Of a stretch of 64,000 bases of DNA, positions 54,500 through 64,000 are shown in pieces (positions within the stretch are counted from its first letter, which is position 1; each line of letters begins with the position of its first letter). The notes under the pieces were generated by a model, which worked only from the letters and a program-made list of their open reading frames with translations, was not told the origin of the DNA and made no database searches. The DNA is from Eledone cirrhosa (Eukaryota): the NCBI GenBank assembly GCA_964016885.1, contig OZ024741.1, positions 328,166,001 to 328,230,000 on the forward strand, given 5' to 3'. The translations under genes and the position numbers were made by a program.

Positions 54500-55760
54500 T
54501 TTTTTTTAAAAGATGTAATACATAATTTATCTGCGTTAATCCATATGGTGAGCAAATGGGTCCCACGTGCTGGCCGCCCCACAGTCCTGGCGGACAGAAT
54601 GGAGAAGGCGTTTCCCCGGACGACGGCAAGGGAGACGTGCTGGAAGAGCCATTCCAACTCGTGAGGCTCACACCTGCGGCTGGCCAGCTCAGCGCCTATG
54701 ATGGTGAATAGGGAGGTAGGCTAGGGCCGAGGACACCAAAAGTTTCCAATGCCAAGGGCACGATCGTGAACATGTCGGAGAGCGACCAGTACTTGGAGAG
54801 TTTGGCCTCCTCAGCCCGACATGCAGCAGTACCTGTGTTAGTCCAGGTTGCGGCTGGAGAAAGTGTCACTGCAAGTGGCATCCCAGGCGAGGGGCTTGCT
54901 ACCGCGGAACGGGAATATGGTCATACCGTCTGGCCTTTTGCCGTCCGCCCGGTCCAGCCCCACCGGCTCAAGCTGGGAGGCGAAGCCTGCAGCGTCCAAG
55001 CCATGCTTTATGACCTCATTGAAGGCAGCATGGCGTGGAAGGCGGCCGGCTCTATGGCGACAGGAGAGCGGGTGGAGGCCGAAAGAGTCCACGGTGGATC
55101 CACCGCGACATTTATGTGGTTCGCAGATCCGGAATCTAAGCCTCAAGGAAACGCCGATGCGAAGGCTATCGTTATCCTGCTGTGTGCTAGTAGAGAAGGA
55201 GGGCAAGGCATGAAGCCAGGCACTACTGTGGGGTTTGGAGGCGAGACGAAAGCAGGCAAAGCGGTGCTGGTCAAGCTGGCATATGAGCTTGTCTGACGCC
55301 AAGCTGCACTGCATGGCATCCCAAATGGTTTGGGGGGGGGACTTGACGTCAGCATATGCAGAAGGAGGAGGGAGGTTTACTGGGCTAAGTCCCAGCCTGT
55401 CCTACGTCTCCCAGTCGGCCTCACGTTCCCTGATCACAGAGAGTGCCATTGTGTTTTGGAGAACTCTGCTGATGAGGACGTGGCATGAGGTTACAAATGA
55501 AAGAAACACCAGCAAAGCCAGCGAGATCGGGGACCGGAGGCCAAGGCCGCCATATCTGACAGGTAAACTGGCCTGTTGCCATCCAATGTTGTCAAACCTG
55601 ACGTTGCCTATCTCCTCAGCTGCCGCTCGTATCGAGGTCAGCGAGGAGCGATGCGTGGCTGTAGCACGGAGCTCTGCGAAGGGTGTAGAGGAGCTTCTGC
55701 ATGGCGAAGCAGTTCCTCAACAGGAAGAGAGCTGGGTAGGTGTATTCTTGTGTGGTCTGT
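54500..55760 (-). mobile_element. 3' part of a CRE-clade-like non-LTR element (REL endonuclease), decayed
   Basis: SAWLHALP, LRL...C...HPLSC...RH, EPVGL, KRPDG, WDATC, VPLALETFG, VRGNAFSIL; GC-rich relative to flanks. Confidence 0.75.
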
Positions 55761-56228
55761 ATTACTGATATTACATTTATTGCGTTTGAACTTCATATAA
55801 CTTAGTTGCAATATTTGTAATCCTCATGACCACCATTTTCTTTTCTGTTATATATATTTGTTATTGTTTGTTCATGAATTGCTTCATTTTCACCTTTATG
55901 GTATGAGGACATGGGAATCCTTCTTTATATTCAAATCAACAGCTCTCTGCACATAGCTTGGGGCCAACTATGATTACATGAGATTCAAGTTGTGAAAGAA
56001 AATTAGCAGCAAAATGTATTTGTGAAGCTTCATGATGGAAGACCTAGTTCTTACTACATAATAATGGTTGACACTTTGAATATTACCAATTACCATTCTC
56101 AACCTGATTATTAATATCTTAAAATAATGTTATTGAATTCTTTCACTTATATTTTCAGCGAATAGTCATAATGTATACAGGTCTATCGTTCTACAAGTTT
56201 AAAAGTGCACACGGATTGATATAAGCCA

Positions 56229-56286
<58 letters not shown>

Positions 56287-56387
56287 TTGTATGTGTGTGT
56301 ATGTATGTATAAACATGTATAACGTATATATATGCATATACATATTTATATATACATACATATATTCATATATATATGTGTATATAA

Positions 56388-56484
<97 letters not shown>

Positions 56485-56954
56485 CACACAGATATATATA
56501 TATTTATACATAGGTTGCAAAAAGGCCAGAGTATTATAGCTTTATATTGGTGACATTTCCTCATAAAAGTCTTTTGTTTAGTTAACAAGCAGAAAATAGA
56601 AAGATGAGAGTAAAACGGAATAAGTTTAGGATGCTTGGCAAAATATTGCTTGCGGGCTTTCTTCCTCCAAAACTGTAGCTATTGATTGAGACAATTTTAT
56701 TGTTTAACATAAATTGAAACCCATCTATTTTATATATTTTTCTATGATTATATTTCAATGGAATTATATATATATTTCCGCTATGTTTTATGTGTTTTCT
56801 ATGTGTCCTATATGCAACCTCTGTGTTTAATATGTTTAATATATGCACTATTTATATGGCCTATATACTCTATATATTCTATATATATTCTGAGTTAGCA
56901 ATTTTCTTATATTCTAAATGTGTACTCAAACATTAAGGTTCCAATATCTTTCAA

Positions 56955-57290
56955 AAAGGGTAGACTCTCCGTCAATTTCGACGATGAGCATGGTGTATTT
57001 CGATGGAATGAACATTTGACGTGTGAATTAATATGTAAGAATGAGTTCCAGAGATGAGTCTGCCGTTTACTTTCACAGATGGAATCAATGTTTCACAATC
57101 CCAGACAATTACTTGTATGATACAATCCCCAAAACAGGCTTAAGTACGGTTCAAATCTATCCAGGTTGGTCACAGGGCTTCTGTCGACTCGAAGCTGTGT
57201 TAAAGGTGCTTTTTATGAAGTTATCATACTGTGGAATTCAGCTGGATATCATATGATTTCGAAGCCGAATCCTTAAACAGTCACCATATT
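56955..57290 (-). mobile_element. SINE family 2 (diverged)
   Basis: Weak reverse-complement similarity to the copies at 62742-63290. Confidence 0.4.
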
Positions 57291-57475
57291 TGTGACTCTC
57301 TATATATCATATACGATGTAGTACCATTATCAACAGTGAAACTAAAAAAAAAAAATGATTATCGCAAATTATTGAAGAGAACTACAACGTGGTTCAGGAG
57401 ATAATTGCTTGTAATACAACGGGCATGAGAGTGAGTGTGCACGTGTATGTGCTTTTGTTTGTGTATACACAAATA

Positions 57476-57532
<57 letters not shown>

Positions 57533-57717
57533 TTATAATAATATATGTATGTGTGGGTATAATAATATATATGTATATATATATATATATGCGTGTGTAT
57601 ATATATATATATGTGTATGTATGTATTTAAAAGGTAAACAGAAATAAGAACACAATCGGTACAGCATCTGGAAAGAATATATTAGGTTAACGCTTGAAAT
57701 ACCAGGAAGAGGGTATT

Positions 57718-57750
57718 CACGTTTCGGACGCTAGTCCTTCATCAGAAGAA
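57718..57750 (-). ncRNA. Minimal hammerhead-like core
   Basis: Reverse complement reads CTGATGA-a-ggac tagc gtcc-GAAA-cgt; stem I is not evident and the cleavage position is G. Confidence 0.4.
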
Positions 57751-58488
57751 AGAATGAGAAATTAGATAGATTGAAGAGACGGGCGGGGTGGATATATATA
57801 TATATATATGAAACAAAGGAAGTGTGGTAAGATATCTGGTGGACCATAATGCACAACAGTATTCGATACTTAGTGTAGTAGAGTGGGTAATAGGAAAATA
57901 CAGGATCCCGACGGCTTTGCGTCTTTTCCTATATATATATATTGCATCACATGACATCATACACAAATCCACATCTTGGTATACAAAATCTGTCAGATTG
58001 AAGGTTCCGTGTCTTCATCTTTATAACATGATGACGTAGTTAACTGGAGTTACGGTGTTTCCATCTTTCATTTCCATGCATACCTACAATTGACAGTAAG
58101 ATTCCTTTCAAGTATTCAGTGACATTAGCATATGTCATACCACTGTTGATCACTGAGCTTTCCTATGTAATTCATGAGGATGAATTTATAGTCAGTGGTT
58201 ATATTATAGAGTGTATTAAATAGTAATATATTTATTGGAAAATAACAAGAATAATATGGGAATGTGTATATACAACATAAAGCATAAAATATACCTCTTT
58301 ACACATGTAACATGTATATGCATTTAAATAAGAATGTTATATTGATGTAATAAATATACTCTTGAAGCAATCGTAATAACGTTCATTTATGTAGAGAAGC
58401 AAATATCATATACATAAACATGTATTATGTCTAACTTCTATAAAGGCGAATACACTTTATAGGAGTACTCGTACAAGGATCTTATTAC

Positions 58489-58665
58489 AATAATTGTTTC
58501 TACTTTTGGCACAAGGCCAGCAATGACCCAGTACATTACTGGTACTTTATTTTATTGGCCCCGTAAGGATGAAAAGCAAAGTCAACCTCCGCGGGATTTG
58601 AACTCAGGGACATAACTCTTTCGTCAAAGCATGGCGTCCGACCCTCTACTGATACTGCCAATCCA
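58489..58665 (-). mobile_element. SINE family 1
   Basis: Reverse complement of the 63460-63640 type. Confidence 0.8.
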
Positions 58666-58959
58666 CAATAGATTATGATTCAGACAGAAGGCCAACAATT
58701 CATTCTTTTCTGGGGGGGGGGGGGTTCGATTAAATCGACCCCAGTGCGTATGAATGAAAGGCAAAATTAACGTCGGCGGTATATTGGGTCATCAACTATG
58801 AAATTTGTAGAATTTCATTTTGCTACGAATTTCTACAAATTTCATACTTGATGATCCAATATGAACTCAGAAAGTAAAAGGGCCATAAGTATATACCATG
58901 AAGCTAGTTCTGCGACATTCTCCCAATACTGTCAATTCACCTCCTTTACTACAACAGTA

Positions 58960-59150
58960 ATAATTGTTTCTACTTTTAGCACAAGGTCAGCAAATATCCT
59001 AGTGCATTCCTCGTGCTTTATTTTATCGACTCCGTCAGCGTGAAAGGCAAAGCTAACCTCGGAAAGATTTGAACTCAGAACGCAAAGGGCCATAACTCTA
59101 TGCTGCAAAGCATGGTGTCTGACGCGCTACCGATACTACCAATCCACCTC
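58960..59150 (-). mobile_element. SINE family 1
   Basis: Plus strand reads tgaaaggcaaagctaacctcggaaagatttgaactcaga. Confidence 0.75.
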
Positions 59151-59294
59151 CTTTACAACCACAGTAGTAATCGTACCTGATATTGGCGCAATACCAACAA
59201 TGTGGGTGAGGTAGAACCCGAATATATCGACTCCAGTGCGTTACAGAACAGTAAGGAGGAAAAGTGAGCTGTCACGTGTATGCTGTCTCATACG

Positions 59295-59328
59295 GAAGAA
59301 GAAGAAGAAGAAGAAGAAGAAGAAGAAG

Positions 59329-59378
<50 letters not shown>
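59295..59378 (+). repeat. Compound (GAA)n(CAA)n microsatellite
   Basis: Read directly from the sequence. Confidence 0.95.
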
Positions 59379-59404
59379 GTTCCATAGAAGTGTGTCAGTA
59401 ATAT

Positions 59405-60011
59405 TATATACTAGCAGTGGTACCCGGCGTTGCACGGGATAAGGTATTTTGGAACGCGGTCCACCAACAGACCTAATCGTGGAAAGATTGAATGCCTGGA
59501 CAATATATAAAGAAAATAAACCGAATACTCTGATGGCTGGATAATCTTTAAGATTTTCCTCGATGAAGCAGGAAAAATGCAGGTTTTCACCTAATGCGAG
59601 CCCTGGGGGATCAAGTAAATGAATATTTTTTATGTGCATAATATACCTTGAAATTTAGGGAAACTCGGCTAGACGTAACTCCTCCAAAAAGCCCTAAGAA
59701 CTGAAAAAAAATGAAGTTGCTCACCTAATGCGGGCCATAAGAAAGTTGGATTTTCTTTGCTTACGGTATGAAGAAGAGACTGGCTAATACATAGTTTCAA
59801 GGAAATCGGTCTGACGTAACGCCTCAAAAAACCCCTAAAAATCTTAAAAAACACAGTTTTTCACCCAATGCAGGCGCTAGCTGATAAAAAAAGAGTTGAA
59901 TTCTTTATGTGCATAAAACTCCCTGAAACATAAGTAATACACATGTAAAGTTTGAAAAAAATCGGTTGGGTACTTCTCGAGTTTTAGGGATTCAAACTCA
60001 CACACACACAC

Positions 60012-60088
<77 letters not shown>

Positions 60089-60392
60089 TTCTCATGGAAG
60101 TGACGTAATGCAGACAGCTAGACATACAGACAGATATTATAAGGGCGCGACGTTATATGTATGTATCTATCTAAAAAGAGAAAGACTAAGAATTATAGAG
60201 CGAGATCGCTAAATCGCCTAATCCGATCCCTAGGTAATTGAAAATTTGAAATTTGTTTTGCTTAGAACACTCCCTGAAACATAAGTATTACATGTGCAAA
60301 GTTTCATAACAGTCGGTTTGGTGGTTCTCGAGTCTTAGGGATTCGAACTCACACACATACAGACAGACATCCTCAGTTTTATATATAGAGAT
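59405..60392 (+). mobile_element. Non-autonomous Helitron-like (Lep1-type) element with internal (CA)n
   Basis: Start tactagc...cccggcgttgcacggg (hairpin cccg/cggg); end acagacagaca...ttttatatatagagat; internal duplication 59919-60010 / 60269-60360. Confidence 0.55.
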
Positions 60393-60869
60393 GTGTGTTT
60401 ATATGTGTGTATGTATATATATATATTTGTGTGTGTGTGTGTGTGTTTGTTTGTGTGTGTATGTCATAAAAATAAATTCCATTAAATTTTTCCGTTTATG
60501 TTGGCCTTGTCCCTAAATTTGAAACCACTATATAAATCCCGCCGAGGTTAACATAGCCTTTCTTCCTTACGGGGTCGATAAGATAAAGCATCGGTAATGC
60601 ACTGGGATTATTGCTGGCCTTGTGCCAAAAGTATAAATAATTATATTTTTTCTATTTAAATTTCAAGTGTCTTACAATTGTTGTTTGTTAGTTTCGTAGT
60701 ACTGGTCATATAGTGTTGCTTCTACAACTCGTTTATTTAATGTATCAATTGCAAGAAATAAAAAAAACACATTTTTAAAAGTCAAAGTGAACAAATAAAA
60801 TTCAGATAAATATTTCATTTCTCTTTGTAATGTTACTACACAATACAATATAATACAATACAAAACATA

Positions 60870-61445
<576 letters not shown>

Positions 61446-61750
61446 GACATCTAAACGTTTATGTGACAGTAGACAGATAGAAGCTGAAAAATTCATGCTT
61501 TATTGTGGAAGAATTTTCGCTTTTATGCATGAAGAAATAAGTAGAAATAACGTGTTGAAATCAATCTAGTCATGAATGCTCTTCCACCAATAATAGTGAT
61601 TTCGTTTTCCATGTTAGAATCCAATATTACACAGAAATGGAGAGATTAGGGAAAAAAATCGATTGTGTGTGAGAGAACGAGAGGAACAGGAGAGGGAATA
61701 AGATAGTGGTAAGTAAGAATGTTATGCGATAATCTTTTTTCTTTAAATAA

Positions 61751-62030
61751 GTTATATGTATGTACTTACAAACACGTATGTTATATGTATATACTTACGT
61801 TATATGTAAGTTATATGTATGTACTTACAAACACGTATGTTATATGTATGTGCTTACGTTATATGTATGTACTTACAAACACGTATGTTATATGTATGTG
61901 CTTACGTTATATGTAAGTTATATGTATGTACTTACAGACACGTATGTTATATGTATGTGCTTACGTTATATGTATGTACTTACAAACACGTATGATATAT
62001 GTATGTGCTTACGTTATATGTAAGTTATAT
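61751..62030 (+). repeat. Compound minisatellite
   Basis: Subunits of 29, 19 and 11 bp, all starting gttatatgta, combine into 48/59-bp higher-order units. Confidence 0.9.
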
Positions 62031-62374
62031 GAATGAACTTTCAAACACTGCTGACTAAAAGATTACCACGAACTTATTGCATGCATAAAGCATGTGATGT
62101 AGCTGTTCATTCTTAGAATGTAATTGTGACGGGAATTTCCGTAGAGACTCGTAACAAGGAGTTAAATATTTGTAAAATACACATTTTGCTTACAATTAGA
62201 AAAGGAAGGGATCATTCATCAAATTCTTTTACTTTAGAATTTGATACACCAAGCCGTAAAATGTATGTTCGGAGATATTTCAGGAGACAGTGCGCTCTGC
62301 GTTGAATAAAATTAATACGGGTGGTTTTTCTGAAGCAATTATATTTGTTCGTTGTTATACAGTTACGATGCAGC

Positions 62375-62520
62375 GAATCGGCAGAGCCGTGAGAACGACG
62401 GGTAGAATGCATTATGGTATTCGTTTCGGCTCTCGGCTCTGCGTTCAAATTCGGTCGAGGTCAACTTTGCCTTTCATCCTTTCGAGGTGGATTAAAAGTA
62501 CCAGTCTCGTACTGGTTTGG
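62375..62520 (+). mobile_element. SINE family 1
   Basis: gttcaaattcggtcgaggtcaactttgcctttcatcctttcg. Confidence 0.75.
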
Positions 62521-62610
62521 ATTCTTCCTCTATATCACTATCTCATTTCCTCTCTCTCACTTTCTATCTTTTTCATTTCTTCTCTCTTACTTTCTATCTT
62601 TCTCTGGAAG

Positions 62611-62734
62611 AAATCTGCTGTACTCCGGTCGGGAGAGGGATGGGCTCCGCCAGTCTTAAAATGACCAAGAAACGCCGTACGTCAATACCGCACTTCTACG
62701 ACTCTACCGGTAGTTACGGGACCATGCTGAGACG
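62611..62734 (+). CDS. Candidate internal coding exon of an unidentified host gene
   Basis: Long polypyrimidine tract plus AG, consensus CG|GTGAGT donor, a single open frame (ICCTPVGRGMGSASLKMTKKRRTSIPHFYDSTGSYGTMLR), higher GC than flanks. Confidence 0.4.
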
Positions 62735-62741
62735 GTGAGTT

Positions 62742-63290
62742 TCATTGTGGTTAAGGATGTATGACTTGCGATCGTAAGGATGTGAGTTCGATTCCAAGAG
62801 TTCGTACAATCTAATCAGATAACAAAATTTAGTTGTACCTGTTATTCAAAAGACCAGTCTTATACCGCAGTGTATCAGTATGGAATCATCATGAAGCAAT
62901 TGTCTATAAAATTCTGAACTACTTGTACTTTAATTTCATGTACAGGCTGTCCCAGTGGGTCAAACAGCTGGAACACACGCGCAGCCACTGTAGATCTTAT
63001 GGCGCATAACTTCGTAGTTCTGGGTGATCGTCTTAAGGGCGTGGAGTGGATTCCCGGCAGCGTGTTGTGTGTCTGAATAGGAAACTTTATTTCCCGTTGT
63101 TACACTTCACGCATTTGACAAATGTGAGTTGTACCTGTAATTCAAAGGGCCAGGATTTTACAGAAACTGTGTAACGTTGAATCACAACGAGAACTATGTT
63201 AAGTGGGTTCATGTGTTTGTGAAATAGTCAACGGACACTTCCACGTTAATTTCACGAGCAGGCTGTTCCGCTGTATGAAATGCTGACACA
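62742..63290 (+). mobile_element. Two tandem SINE family 2 copies
   Basis: Repeated agttgtacctgt(a/t)attcaaa and ttaatttca(t/c)g...caggctgt motifs, each after a tRNA-like head. Confidence 0.6.
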
Positions 63291-63459
63291 CTCCTAGTCC
63301 TAACTGAAGGTGGACCAATAACAATAACATAATTCTATTAAAGCAAACGTATTGGCTCGTTGTGATAGAATCATTGTTAAGTTGCCTTGACAAGTCGCAG
63401 CATATTTCTCCTGACATAACTGATTTTATAACAGTCGGACATTATTTTCTTCTCTGACT

Positions 63460-63640
63460 GAATTGGCCGTATCGGTAGAGGGTTGGGCGCATTGTTTTCT
63501 AGCATAGTTACGTCCCTTTAGAGTCTGAGTTCAAATCCCGCCGAGGTTAACTTTGCCTTTCATCCTTATGGGTCGATAAAATAAAGTACCAGTAATGTAC
63601 TGTTATTGCTGGCCTTGTGCCTAAAGTTGAAACAATTATT
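63460..63640 (+). mobile_element. SINE family 1
   Basis: gagttcaaatcccgccgaggttaactttgcctttcatcc. Confidence 0.8.
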
Positions 63641-63948
63641 TTCTTCTCTGACTGGTTTGCCAGATTCTTATAGATCATATCCAATAATCTCTCAAGGGTA
63701 ATGCTTATTATAATATGGTTGTTGTTGCTTATTATTTTTTTTTATTTCTCGTTGAAGATACATAAAGCTAGTTCAGTACAATCTAATGCTGAAATGGCTT
63801 ATTGTCAGATAAGAAGTAACCGTAGTTTTTTTTCGATTGGATGACAATAATAAAACACGCATTCTCACACAGAAACATGCACATAAGCAGTCACACATGA
63901 TCAATAGATATCGCAGATGTATACAAATACGCGCGCGCACACATACAG

Positions 63949-64000
<52 letters not shown>

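Noticed and set aside
54766-55768. Plus-strand 121-177 aa ORFs (likewise + ORFs across 17518-22719)
   Set aside because: Antisense shadows of GC-rich minus-strand retrotransposon coding sequence.
61751-62030. CRISPR-like array
   Set aside because: No unique spacers or cas genes; a eukaryotic minisatellite.

Overview
This is AT-rich, microsatellite-dense eukaryotic repeat DNA. The tRNA-derived SINE types and the repeat landscape suggest an octopus/cephalopod genome (inference). No complete host gene is visible; there is one plausible coding exon at 62611-62734. Most ORF-track entries are (TA/TG/CA)n artefacts. The window is dominated by retroelements: several Penelope-like element (PLE) copies of Naiad-like type (RT plus C-terminal GIY-YIG), a full-length decayed Tx1/L1-type LINE, R4/Dong-type, RTE-type and CRE-type non-LTR elements, SINEs and a Helitron-like insert. 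The main hidden structure is about 15 type I hammerhead ribozyme (HHR) motifs, complete or partial, from several unrelated sequence families. They include compensatory U3-A8 core variants, and many lie in fold-back palindromes carrying one ribozyme per arm. One PLE family is present twice and carries a 4-4.5 kb microsatellite-filled 3' tail ending in a long-stem-II HHR. A train of unrelated LINEs is nested in one (AAT)n tract. All calls and coordinates were read by eye; no searches or folding programs were run.
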